DNA of 28,436 bases from the NCBI GenBank assembly GCA_964548195.1, contig CAZJQC010000005.1:28054-56489 (forward strand), read 5' to 3'. Below are positions 7,098 to 16,266 of this stretch, piece by piece (position 1 is the stretch's first letter; the number at the start of each line of letters is the position of its first letter). Below the pieces are notes generated by a model. It saw only the letters and a list, made by a program, of their open reading frames with translations. It was not told the origin of the DNA and did not search any database. This DNA is from an uncultured bacterium (GTDB lineage: Bacteria > Macinerneyibacteriota > Macinerneyibacteria > Macinerneyibacteriales > DSCS01). A program made the translations under genes and the position numbers.

Positions 7098-9812
7098 TTA
7101 AAAGGAAATTCCCAGTCCGAATCTAACGTAACGAGGAGCTCCGAAGAATTCAGGGTTGGCACCGTAGAACTCTTTATACTTATCCGCAAATGTATAATCA
7201 TCGGAAGGATCGGTGTCTGCTGCGGCTTCCGCATTGTCATACAATCCGTTGTCGTCCGGCTCGCCTGTCGTAGCATATACTGAGTTATAGTTGACCCAGT
7301 TGAACAGGTTCGAGATGGAACAGAACACGGACATATTCAATGCGCGATCCATTACGTTAAACTCGAAATCTTTATTGATTCTCATGTCAAGGCTTTTTGT
7401 GCCGGGCATCCTCACTGAGTTCATGGGGCCGATGTTTCTGTTAGTAGTGTCCTTGGGCGTGTAAGGCGCGCCGGACTCATAGCTGAACAGAAGGTTGACG
7501 CCGGCGTTCTGCAGCGGCTTCATGCCGAAGAGTTCCGGTCCGTCTCCCTGACGGGTCCTGAAATCGAGGTTGACCTTAAGCGCATGACGTCTGTCGAATG
7601 CAAGAGGATACTTCTTCGCAGGAGGAGTCCTGAGGCCGCCGGACACAGTCACGACGCCATAGTATCCGTCTCTCTCGGAGGAAGAGTTACCGTTCGCCCA
7701 TGAAAGCGAATAGTTGATGTCGCCGCTGATATAATTGGTATACAGCTTCGACAATCCGATCTCCATACCCCTGACCTGTGCATATCCGCCGTTTGTATAA
7801 AGCGTATACGCCTTGATCGGGTCCGGAACCTCTTCTGTGTAGAGAAGGTTGGATATACTCTTGTAATAACCGACAAGGGTAAGTCTCCAGTCTTCACCGA
7901 GTTTCTGCTCAAGACCGAGCTCGTAAGCAATGGTCTTTTCCATATCCAGATTCGGGTTTCCCAGAAGCGGAAATCCCGGCTTGTACCATTCATCGTTCTC
8001 AACATTGGAGAAGAGATAGTTGAATGTAGGCATCTGATAGAAGTATCCGTAATGGAAATGCAATACTGACGTGTCGGAAATAGGCAGAGCAAGGCCCAGC
8101 CTGGGGCTGACGGCATATTTGACGTCGGCCGCCGTGGTGTCCGAAGGCTCCTCGTTGATGAATGATGTCGGATCCACAAAATAATCTATCTTGGGATCGA
8201 AATAATCCAGACGCACGCCTATGTTCAGTATCATATTCTCATACTCGAGCTTGTCCTGAACATAGAGGTTGGCCAATACGGGCTCCACCTCAAAGTCAGT
8301 GGTGTAGTTTGCTGATGTGGGGTATGAACAGCTGAAATAATCCAGATTATGCTGCTGGATCTCAAATCCCGCTTTGATCTGGTTAAACCTGTTCACCTGT
8401 GAAGTCATGTCCGCTTTTACGTTGAAATAAGAAGCTTCCTGCTCTGTGAAAGCTATATAATGTCCGTCAATATAAAAGAGGTTATAACCGTCAAATACTC
8501 TTTCATCGGTCTCTGTATAGGGATCGATGAAATCGCCGATCTCGTCTTCACCCGACTGGGGAAGATAATCATCAGAGAAATCAAAATATCCGACCATTAC
8601 ACTGTAGAAAGTACGTGCACTTACCGTGTGGGTAAGCTTCTGAGTGATCAGCATACTCGTTTCTTCGTCTTCCATGTACTTGTCCAGATCGTATTTGTAC
8701 TGGTGGTTGTAATATTCACCTTCGGTGAAAGAACCAAGCACATCCGTCTCGGATTTCAAAGTGGGCAGCAGCTTGCCGCTCAATTTGAACTGGTAGCTGT
8801 AACCGTTGGCTGCCGTATGGGGAGTATAGTATCCATTGACCAATTCCTTGGGAATGTCGACCATGTCCGCATAATCGGGCATCCTGTGCCCAACGGCATC
8901 CCTCATAGTATAACCGAAAGTACCCATGAAAGTGAAGGGAGTATAGGGTATGGGGCCGGAAATATAAGCATCAATGCTATTATATCCGTATCCCATGTCC
9001 ATAAAACCGGGATCCACTTCGTCAGGCTCCTGGAACATCGCATCGGTGGTATAAGTAATACCGCCGTGGAACTCCCTGGACCCTTCCTTTGTTACTATAT
9101 TGATAATACCAGACATGGCATTACCATATTCGGCATTAAATCCACCGGTCAGGATCTGCATTTCCTGTACGGCGTCAGTGGCCACATCAAGCGCCGAGCG
9201 GCCTGTCATCAGGTTCTGAATAGAGAAACCGTTGACATAATATCCGACCTCGTTGCCGCGTCCTCCTCTTATGTGAAGGCCACCTACGGCTCCGCGCTCT
9301 TCGTTAGCCGAGTCCTGAACATTGTTCGTGGCCTGCGACAACAGCGCGGCGCCCTTTTGGACGGTCAGCACATCGTCTACAGAATCCACTGCCATGTTCT
9401 TGATCTTCGCAGCATCCACTTTTTCAACAGTGGATGTGTTGTCCTTGCGGACGATCTCTTTTTTGGCGGTAACGATAACTTCCTCGGAACCGGCCAGTTT
9501 CTGCTGCATCTTTACAGTGACCGACGTGGTACTGTCAGCAGAAATAACGACTTCCGACAAGACGGCATCGGTAAAACCGACCATCTGTGTCTTCAGCCTG
9601 TACACTCCAGGGGGAACCTGAAGTATGAAAAAGGAACCGTCATATGAAGCAGCGGCGCCAAGCTGAGTTCCCTCAACCAGTACCGTAGCTCCGGGCAGTC
9701 CTTCTCCCGTCGAGGCGTCTACTACTGTGCCTCGGATCTTTCCAGTCGTTCCCGCGAACGCGACGACTGAAACAAGTAAAATAATCAACAGAAAAGACAT
9801 GAACCTTTTCAT
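7098..9812 (-). CDS. TonB-dependent outer-membrane receptor, paralog 2
   Basis: Probable start ATG 9812 (MKRFMSFLL..., SD AAGGAG); an in-frame alternative start lies at 9860. Contains a CarboxypepD_reg-like domain, plug (HIRGGR, GGFNAEYG, INIVTK), barrel motifs (YVQDK, SPRLG, GNPNL) and C-terminal PRYVRFGLGISF. Confidence 0.95.
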   Translation of the reverse strand: MKRFMSFLLIILLVSVVAFAGTTGKIRGTVVDASTGEGLPGATVLVEGTQLGAAASYDGSFFILQVPPGVYRLKTQMVGFTDAVLSEVVISADSTTSVTVKMQQKLAGSEEVIVTAKKEIVRKDNTSTVEKVDAAKIKNMAVDSVDDVLTVQKGAALLSQATNNVQDSANEERGAVGGLHIRGGRGNEVGYYVNGFSIQNLMTGRSALDVATDAVQEMQILTGGFNAEYGNAMSGIINIVTKEGSREFHGGITYTTDAMFQEPDEVDPGFMDMGYGYNSIDAYISGPIPYTPFTFMGTFGYTMRDAVGHRMPDYADMVDIPKELVNGYYTPHTAANGYSYQFKLSGKLLPTLKSETDVLGSFTEGEYYNHQYKYDLDKYMEDEETSMLITQKLTHTVSARTFYSVMVGYFDFSDDYLPQSGEDEIGDFIDPYTETDERVFDGYNLFYIDGHYIAFTEQEASYFNVKADMTSQVNRFNQIKAGFEIQQHNLDYFSCSYPTSANYTTDFEVEPVLANLYVQDKLEYENMILNIGVRLDYFDPKIDYFVDPTSFINEEPSDTTAADVKYAVSPRLGLALPISDTSVLHFHYGYFYQMPTFNYLFSNVENDEWYKPGFPLLGNPNLDMEKTIAYELGLEQKLGEDWRLTLVGYYKSISNLLYTEEVPDPIKAYTLYTNGGYAQVRGMEIGLSKLYTNYISGDINYSLSWANGNSSSERDGYYGVVTVSGGLRTPPAKKYPLAFDRRHALKVNLDFRTRQGDGPELFGMKPLQNAGVNLLFSYESGAPYTPKDTTNRNIGPMNSVRMPGTKSLDMRINKDFEFNVMDRALNMSVFCSISNLFNWVNYNSVYATTGEPDDNGLYDNAEAAADTDPSDDYTFADKYKEFYGANPEFFGAPRYVRFGLGISF

Positions 9813-9890
9813 AGAAAAAACTCCTTTCTTTCTAACCACAACAAAAGCATCCAACCCCATGCACCTCCTTTCGACTTCTACAGTACTTTG

Positions 9891-9919
9891 AATCTACCTA
9901 ATTATGTTAGCAATGTCAA
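9891..9919 (-). promoter_or_regulatory. sigma70-type promoter for the TBDR/CTD/PorV operon
   Basis: TTGACA (9919-9914), 17-bp spacer, TAGATT (9896-9891), with an A/T tract just upstream resembling an UP element. Confidence 0.7.
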
Positions 9920-10055
9920 TGGTTTTTTTTGACTAAATTAATCTTTTAAAATGAACGCGGTTCGAAATGTATTAAGTTCGCAATACGCAACAACATAAAA
10001 ACGTTGCATCTTTTTTAACGATTTTTTTTGCCGCAAAACACGAAAAAAAAACGCG

Positions 10056-11882
10056 TCAGATGTTTACAAACTTGGCGGTCCTGCCGTCAGCCCTTACCCA
10101 GTACACGCCCTTGGGAAGACCCGATATGTCCAATACCGAGACATTGGAGACGCTCATGACACGCCTGCCCAGCGCATCATACACATCGGCCCTCGCGCAG
10201 GTCCTGCCGAGGTTTATTTCGCCGCCCGTAGCGGGATTGGGGTAGACTATAAACCGTCCGTCGTCGATCAACTCCGGTCTGGCAAGCGACATATTGCCGT
10301 AGCTGTCGCGGACATCCAAAAATATATCGACGCCCTCGCGATAAGGGACCGTCCCGCTGCCGTTTACCAGATCATAGTCCCGATACGCCACGGAAAGGCG
10401 GGACTTTACGATAACCCCTCTGTACCCGGTGTCGCCGGGGCCGCTTACTTCGATCAGCAACTCTTCTGTCTCCCGGGACAGCCAGATATCGGCGGCGCCG
10501 ATGCCGGAAAAATACCTGACCGGCCGAGCCGTACCCCCCGAAAGGGCATATACCGTGCACCGTTCACCCGGCCAGACAGCATAATCCAGGTCCAGATAGA
10601 CGTACCCTTCATACATGCTCAGCGGATTGGAAAACCTGGCGGAATCTCCGCCGTTGAGATATACAAGGCCGCCTTCCACGCGGGCATACCCCGATGCATT
10701 TACCAGCTCCTCCAGCGGCGGCACCGAAATATCCGTGTCAACCGCCGAGTAAAAAGTCGCCGCGCCCACCCCGTTGTCATCATACCACTCCCCCGCGTCC
10801 AGAAAAATATAGCGCGCGTACGCCCGGGCTTCGGGCTGAGATGCACACGCAGGGGGGATGTCATCAAAAGCGTAATATTCATACAGCCTTCCCAGCCACG
10901 ACGCATCATGCTGAAAAGCAAGCTCTTCGTATCTCTCTTTTGCCGACTTGAAGACGGCATACTCAACCGGGAAAAATACGGCGACGCCCGAAAGAGCGGG
11001 GTCGGACACCGTTCTTTTTACAATATTAGCCTCCATGCCGCACAGCGGCAGTCCGGCCAGATCCACGTTTTCGGCCTCCGCAGTGAACGCATTTGTCATA
11101 TCAATACCGCCAAGCGCCGCCCTGTTAACGGCCCCCATGTCATAATGGCTCATCATGTCGGCTGTCTGAGCCAAACCGGCGGTACGCACCGCAGTCAGAC
11201 TGTAATCATCGCCTCTGTTCACAAAAGCGTCAAAGATGCCGTCCAGGGCCGCATCCTTGTCGCCGCCGTAATCGGCGATCATAAGTCCGTAATCGAATGC
11301 GTCTTCAAGTATATAGTGCTCGGAAGCGACCACATATTCCGCGCTGTCTTTAAGCGCATGGAAGTTTTCCAGGGAAGCCATGCCGCAGGCGTCAAGCAAT
11401 ATGATGTCATAGTCATTTACAAAGACCTCTTCCACATCCTCGGCGTTCATAAAAAACTCCGAGGCGCTTATGGCGTCATACGCTATGGAATCGGCGCTTT
11501 GCGAAAAATCCGGATACCACTGATTGCCGTGGCCCCATATGACCAGCAGCTTGACTCCGCCGGTCAATCCGTTCTCGGCCCATTCCAGAAACGCGGCCAG
11601 GGTCTCGGGGGCGCCCATATCCAGGGGCCCGAGAGCCGTATCCTGATACTCGCCCGCGCCGGCGGCGCCTCTGTAAGCCGTCCCGCCGTATGAGATCTGA
11701 TACAACACCCGATACGTCCCGCCCTGCGGGACCGAAAGGCATATGTCTCTCAGCGCCTGCGCCTGTCCGCCCAGCGTATTGTTGCCCGATGCATAGATAA
11801 GTATGTCCGTACACCCCGCTTCCGGCGTATATATAAAAAACATCATAAACAGGACGCAAAACACTGCAAAACTATTTTTCAT
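10056..11882 (-). CDS. clostripain-related cysteine peptidase (C11) with C-terminal T9SS type A-like sorting domain
   Basis: Probable start MKNSF at 11882 with signal peptide. C11 motifs DMGAPETLAAFLEWA, LVIWGHG (catalytic His), LLDACGMA (catalytic Cys) and YVVASE. CTD is IVYPNP...VYDALG...LPKGVYWV...KFV. Confidence 0.85.
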   Translation of the reverse strand: MKNSFAVFCVLFMMFFIYTPEAGCTDILIYASGNNTLGGQAQALRDICLSVPQGGTYRVLYQISYGGTAYRGAAGAGEYQDTALGPLDMGAPETLAAFLEWAENGLTGGVKLLVIWGHGNQWYPDFSQSADSIAYDAISASEFFMNAEDVEEVFVNDYDIILLDACGMASLENFHALKDSAEYVVASEHYILEDAFDYGLMIADYGGDKDAALDGIFDAFVNRGDDYSLTAVRTAGLAQTADMMSHYDMGAVNRAALGGIDMTNAFTAEAENVDLAGLPLCGMEANIVKRTVSDPALSGVAVFFPVEYAVFKSAKERYEELAFQHDASWLGRLYEYYAFDDIPPACASQPEARAYARYIFLDAGEWYDDNGVGAATFYSAVDTDISVPPLEELVNASGYARVEGGLVYLNGGDSARFSNPLSMYEGYVYLDLDYAVWPGERCTVYALSGGTARPVRYFSGIGAADIWLSRETEELLIEVSGPGDTGYRGVIVKSRLSVAYRDYDLVNGSGTVPYREGVDIFLDVRDSYGNMSLARPELIDDGRFIVYPNPATGGEINLGRTCARADVYDALGRRVMSVSNVSVLDISGLPKGVYWVRADGRTAKFVNI

Positions 11883-13029
11883 GGAACTCCACTCTGTACT
11901 GCGACACAAGCTCCCTGAACATCCTCCTGAACAGGTATTCGGTGATATCCCGCTGCAGCGGTTTATAGGATTCCGCCTTTATAACGCGAAAGCTCACCCC
12001 GTCCGCCGTAAATGTCTTGCCCTTCACAAAGTTGCCGTTCCGGCTCTCTTCTGGATACAGGATCCGCTCATACTCCCTTGTGCCGTCCGTGTATACAAGC
12101 CTCATCATGCCCGCTGAAAGTTCACGTTCCGCGCCGTCCCAGGAAGCCTTCAAATAATCCTCCTGATACTTTCTGACACGGAAAAGGTCCGGAGATATTT
12201 TTTTCAGATATTTGAGCTTATCCGCGTAATGCAGCCTGAGAAGCAGCATCTCCCCGTTATATTTGATAATGCTGTATTTGTCCTCGGAATCCGGCAGGAG
12301 TGAAGGCCCTCCCATAACGTCCTTGAGCTTTAGACGTTTCCCGTCCACCTCCAGTACCCGGGTATGGGGGCCGGCGCTCTCCAGAGCGTCCGTTATTACG
12401 CCGAAACCATGTGTGTATTTTATGTCCTCCAGCGCCATTGACGCGGCGAGCGCTTTTCTGATCTTCAGCCTTTTTTCCCCGCTTAAGGGGGTTCGCGCGG
12501 CCTTGACCTCCTGCACCTGTACGTCTATAAAGCCGTATTTTGTCTCTATCCCCTTTATTTCGCGTCCGGGAGCGGATTGAGAGATATACAGGTCCGCAGG
12601 CTCGGGCAGATCACCGGGCACAAACCTGACATCCTTTTTCACGTCCGCCTTTTTTTTGTCAAGAAGGTATATCATATAGGATATCACATATTCCTTGTCA
12701 AAATAATCGGAATCTTGCGGGATCACCTCCATGTATTTTCTGGCATCCGAGGATATAAGGTTCCTGAGGGATGATTTTTCCAGCTCCCCGTAAATGGAAG
12801 CGGCATCCTCCCTGCCGGCCTCTATGTCGCCCGCCGCCTCGCACAGCAAGGCGAACTCCGCGAACTTGTCGTTCATGATATCATCCGTATAGTCGAACAA
12901 AGCGGCAAAATCCGTGACCTCGTCCCGGCCGTAAACGCTCTCTCCAACCGTAATATAACTCTCCTGTCCGCACGCTCCCAGCAGGGCCGCCGAAAGAGCC
13001 AGTAAAATACAAACACAATATCGTCTCAT
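11872..13029 (-). CDS. lipoprotein, possibly a degenerate PrsA/SurA-like foldase
   Basis: Lipobox LLGA-C. IETKYGFIDVQV resembles the parvulin C-terminal motif, and VLEVDGKRLKLKDV resembles a PrsA/SurA N-domain start. It overlaps the downstream peptidase by 11 nt. The CDS is well supported; the function is tentative. Confidence 0.6.
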   Translation of the reverse strand: MRRYCVCILLALSAALLGACGQESYITVGESVYGRDEVTDFAALFDYTDDIMNDKFAEFALLCEAAGDIEAGREDAASIYGELEKSSLRNLISSDARKYMEVIPQDSDYFDKEYVISYMIYLLDKKKADVKKDVRFVPGDLPEPADLYISQSAPGREIKGIETKYGFIDVQVQEVKAARTPLSGEKRLKIRKALAASMALEDIKYTHGFGVITDALESAGPHTRVLEVDGKRLKLKDVMGGPSLLPDSEDKYSIIKYNGEMLLLRLHYADKLKYLKKISPDLFRVRKYQEDYLKASWDGAERELSAGMMRLVYTDGTREYERILYPEESRNGNFVKGKTFTADGVSFRVIKAESYKPLQRDITEYLFRRMFRELVSQYRVEFHEK

Positions 13030-13046
13030 TCCATTCTCCGATCTCT

Positions 13047-15641
13047 TTAATGTCTCAAAAAGCCGCGCGCGGCTTTCAGGGCCTCGTCCATCAGCCCCGT
13101 CTCCCTGCCGCCGAACTGAGCCATGTCGGGCCGACCGCCGCCTCCGCCGCCAAGCACGGCAGCCATGGCAGCTGCGATATCGCCGGCTTTCAGGCCGGGA
13201 TTCAAATCAGCGGTCACCATGACAACGCCGGTTATCTTGTCACCGGCGCTGCTTGCCGCCACAACAACCCCGTTTTTTTCGATCCGGTCCTTTATTTTCT
13301 GAGCGGTCTCCCTGACCACCTTAATATCAGCGTCGCCGAAAAGCGCCTTTACGAAGGTAACGCCCCCCTCGGTCTCGGCATTTCCGAGAAAATCGTCGAT
13401 GTCCGAGCCGGCGTCTTTCATCTTCATCCGCTCTATTTCACGATGCAGTTCCTTTTCCTTCTTTAAAAGCGACTCCACCCTTTCGGGTATCATCGCGCCG
13501 TCTGTCTTCAGCACCGACGATATTTCCTTGATCACAGCATCACATGCAAGCGCCCGCTCAACGGCCGCCTCGCCGGTCACTGCCTCTATGCGTCTTATGC
13601 CCGTGGACACGCTTCCCTCGGAGATTATTTTGAAAAAACCCGCCTGCCCGGTACGGGACAGATGCGTCCCGCCGCACAGTTCCTTGGAATAGCCGCCCAT
13701 GGATATCACCCTTACGACATCACCGTATTTCTCTCCAAACAGGGCAACAGCCCCTTCTTCTCTGGCCTCATCCACCGGCTTGTGTTCAAAGACGATTTCA
13801 TGGTCCTCCATCACCGCCCTGTTGACCGCCTTTTCCAGATCATACAGCTCCTCGCGCGTGATCTGCGAAAAATGGGTGAAATCAAAACGCAGCCTGTTCT
13901 CGTCCACATGCGACCCTGCCTGGTTAACATGTTCCCCCAGCAGGTCTTTCAGCGCCCTGTGCAGAAGGTGGGTGGCAGTATGATTCCTTTGTATCGCCAT
14001 GCGTCTTTTTTTATCCACCTCAAGCCGGCAGAGATCCCCCGGTTTAAGCGCGCAATCACCCGCTGTCATATGTATATGGACTCCGGAGCTTTTCTGAGTG
14101 TCTGTGACCCTGTACTCGGCTCCGGAACAGATTATCCGCCCCGTGTCCCCGGCCTGTCCGCCGGACTCGCCGTAAAAAGGCGTGCGGTCAAAGATGACCT
14201 GGCAGCCTTCCGGGGTGTTTTGGACATGAAGTACCGCGGCCTCGTCACCGGTCTTTTCGTAGCCCGTAAACTCCGTCGCCGGTATACCCCCTTCAATGAT
14301 GTATCCGAATCGTTTTTCGTCGGAAGCCCCTTCCCACGAGTCCCTGCCCCGGCGGCGCTGTTCGGCCATTGCCCGCTCAAACCCCTCCATGTCCGCCTCG
14401 AAGCCGTTTTCTTCAAGGATGTCCTTTGTGAGATCGGGCGGAAAACCGTATGTGTCATACAGCTTGAACACGGCGGGGCCTTCAAGCGCCCTGACGCCCC
14501 GGCGGCCCATGGCCGCCATCTCATCGGAAAGCACGGAAAGTCCCGAAGAAAGAGTGTCCATAAAACGCTCTTCCTCCATCTTTATCAGATGCTGCGTGTG
14601 CTGGGCGGCATGTCTGAGCTCAGGGTAAAAGTCTCCGTATTCCTCGACCACCTTCGCCGACAGCCTGTACATAAAGGGCTCCCTGCATCCCAGTTTCTCA
14701 GCCTGCCGGAGGCCGCGTCTCAGTATCCTTCTAAGCACATAGCCCCTGCCCTCGTTTGAGGGTATTATGCCGTCCGAGAAGGCGAAGGTGACCGCCTTGA
14801 CATGATCGGCTATGATACGGAATGCTACCGCATTCTCATCGTTGTATTCCACGCCCAGCAGCTCCGATGTCTTTTCGATCAGGGGCATAAAAAGATCGGT
14901 CTTGAAATTGTTGTCCGCTCCCTGCAGTATCGAAGCCAGCCTTTCCAGCCCCATGCCGGTATCTATATTGGTCTTTTTCAGAGGAGTCAGTTCGCCGGTC
15001 TTGTCCATATTGAACTGTGTAAACACAAGGTTCCAGTATTCCACGAAACGGTCGCACTCGCATCCCGGAGCGCATTCATCCGAACCGCAGCCGTGTTCCG
15101 GGCCGTAATCATAATAGAGCTCCGATGAAGGGCCGCACGGGCCGGTTTCCCCGGCAGGGCCCCAGAAGTTGTCCTTCTTGCCCAGACGCACTATGCGTGT
15201 TTCAGGCAGATATGCAGTCCAGAGAGCGTAAGCCTCATCGTCATCCGTGTATACAGTCGCCCATATTCTTGAGGGATCTATGCCCATCTCCTCCACGGAG
15301 AACTCCCATGCATATGCGATGGCCTCTTTTTTGAAATAGTCTCCAAATGAAAAATTGCCAAGCATCTCGAAAAAAGACTGATGCCTTGCCGTGCGGCCGA
15401 CGTTTTCAAGATCGCTTTTCTTCCCCCCCGCGCGCAGACATTTCTGGCAGGACGCAGCTCTCGTATACTTCAGGTTGGCCGTATCCGCCGCCTGAAAATA
15501 TTCCTTGAACTGCACCATGCCGGCCGATGTGAATAAAAGGGTGGGGTCATCCGCGGGCACAAGAGGGGAGGACTCTATTATTTTGTGGCCTCTCCGCTCA
15601 AAATATTCCAAAAACCGTTTTCTAATCTCCGAAGCTTTCAT
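13047..15641 (-). CDS. alaS: alanine--tRNA ligase
   Basis: DPTLLFTSAGMVQFK, FFEMLGNFSFGDYFK, IDTGMGLER, editing domain NHTATHLLH and ELCGGTH, C-terminal GGGGGRPDMAQ. Confidence 0.99.
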   Translation of the reverse strand: MKASEIRKRFLEYFERRGHKIIESSPLVPADDPTLLFTSAGMVQFKEYFQAADTANLKYTRAASCQKCLRAGGKKSDLENVGRTARHQSFFEMLGNFSFGDYFKKEAIAYAWEFSVEEMGIDPSRIWATVYTDDDEAYALWTAYLPETRIVRLGKKDNFWGPAGETGPCGPSSELYYDYGPEHGCGSDECAPGCECDRFVEYWNLVFTQFNMDKTGELTPLKKTNIDTGMGLERLASILQGADNNFKTDLFMPLIEKTSELLGVEYNDENAVAFRIIADHVKAVTFAFSDGIIPSNEGRGYVLRRILRRGLRQAEKLGCREPFMYRLSAKVVEEYGDFYPELRHAAQHTQHLIKMEEERFMDTLSSGLSVLSDEMAAMGRRGVRALEGPAVFKLYDTYGFPPDLTKDILEENGFEADMEGFERAMAEQRRRGRDSWEGASDEKRFGYIIEGGIPATEFTGYEKTGDEAAVLHVQNTPEGCQVIFDRTPFYGESGGQAGDTGRIICSGAEYRVTDTQKSSGVHIHMTAGDCALKPGDLCRLEVDKKRRMAIQRNHTATHLLHRALKDLLGEHVNQAGSHVDENRLRFDFTHFSQITREELYDLEKAVNRAVMEDHEIVFEHKPVDEAREEGAVALFGEKYGDVVRVISMGGYSKELCGGTHLSRTGQAGFFKIISEGSVSTGIRRIEAVTGEAAVERALACDAVIKEISSVLKTDGAMIPERVESLLKKEKELHREIERMKMKDAGSDIDDFLGNAETEGGVTFVKALFGDADIKVVRETAQKIKDRIEKNGVVVAASSAGDKITGVVMVTADLNPGLKAGDIAAAMAAVLGGGGGGRPDMAQFGGRETGLMDEALKAARGFLRH

Positions 15642-16266
15642 CCGCCTTCTCCTTATCAGTCAATTCGATCTCTTTTATAGTCCGTATTATCATGTCCGAA
15701 TCAAAACCCTTACCCATTAGGTACCGGTAGATCCGGTCGCGTATATTGTCTTTTCCCCTCAATGACCGGAACTTTTTCCCGGCTATTTTTTTTATCACAT
15801 CCGCTTCCCTTGCTGCCATATCCGCGCCGGCCGCCACCCGGTCAAAAAACTCTCCGTCTATGCCCCTGGCCCCAAGCCTGTACCTGGCCATGCGCAGGCT
15901 GTCGCTGCGGTTCAGTTCGAGATAGTCCCGCACATAAGCCTCATCATCGGCAAACCCGTATTTTTCCAGCCTTTTCAATTCCTTCAGAGCCATGTCTTCG
16001 GAATAGCCCTTCGCGAGTATATAACGTCTTATCTCCTCGGAGGTCTTTCTGTAACGGCTCACCAGTCCGAGGCACATGCCGTGAAGTTTTTCCTCAAGCT
16101 CCACGCCGCGTATGCGCTCCGGGTCTCCCTCGTCAAGGTCTTTGCCGACATAGAGATTCAAAATGGCAACGGTGTTCTCCTCGACCCCCTCAAAAAACTC
16201 ATCGTCTATATAGAGGTTGTACCGTTTCTTATTCTTCTTCTGAGTCTCCAGAGCGGTGATTTTCAT
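15622..16266 (-). CDS. recX: RecX regulatory protein (long form)
   Basis: Lies between recA and ala[26 protein letters not shown]-terminus, [17 protein letters not shown]. Confidence 0.9.
   Translation of the reverse strand: MKITALETQKKNKKRYNLYIDDEFFEGVEENTVAILNLYVGKDLDEGDPERIRGVELEEKLHGMCLGLVSRYRKTSEEIRRYILAKGYSEDMALKELKRLEKYGFADDEAYVRDYLELNRSDSLRMARYRLGARGIDGEFFDRVAAGADMAAREADVIKKIAGKKFRSLRGKDNIRDRIYRYLMGKGFDSDMIIRTIKEIELTDKEKADESFGD

Noticed and set aside
8460..9647. 395-aa + strand ORF
   Set aside because: Lies entirely antisense to the TonB-dependent receptor and has no recognisable motif; consistent with a codon-bias shadow ORF.
7098..9812. Calling the cassette a SusC/SusD polysaccharide utilisation locus
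   Set aside because: No SusD lipoprotein or CAZyme is adjacent, and I see no SusC/RagA-specific signature in the receptor.
9953..9963. GAAC-GCG-GTTC as a Gram-positive-type LexA box
   Set aside because: The spacer is 3 nt rather than 4, and no such box occurs at the recA promoter.
10018..10053. T-tract/A-tract inverted repeat as terminator of the peptidase gene
   Set aside because: The stem is almost entirely A-U with no GC core, too weak to call.
13662..14759. 365-aa + strand ORF, and similar ones at 10908-11693, 16487-17059, 17303-18034 and 27449-28036
   Set aside because: Antisense shadows of alaS, the C11 peptidase, recA, the LytTR regulator and fhs/ptsI, with no independent coding evidence.
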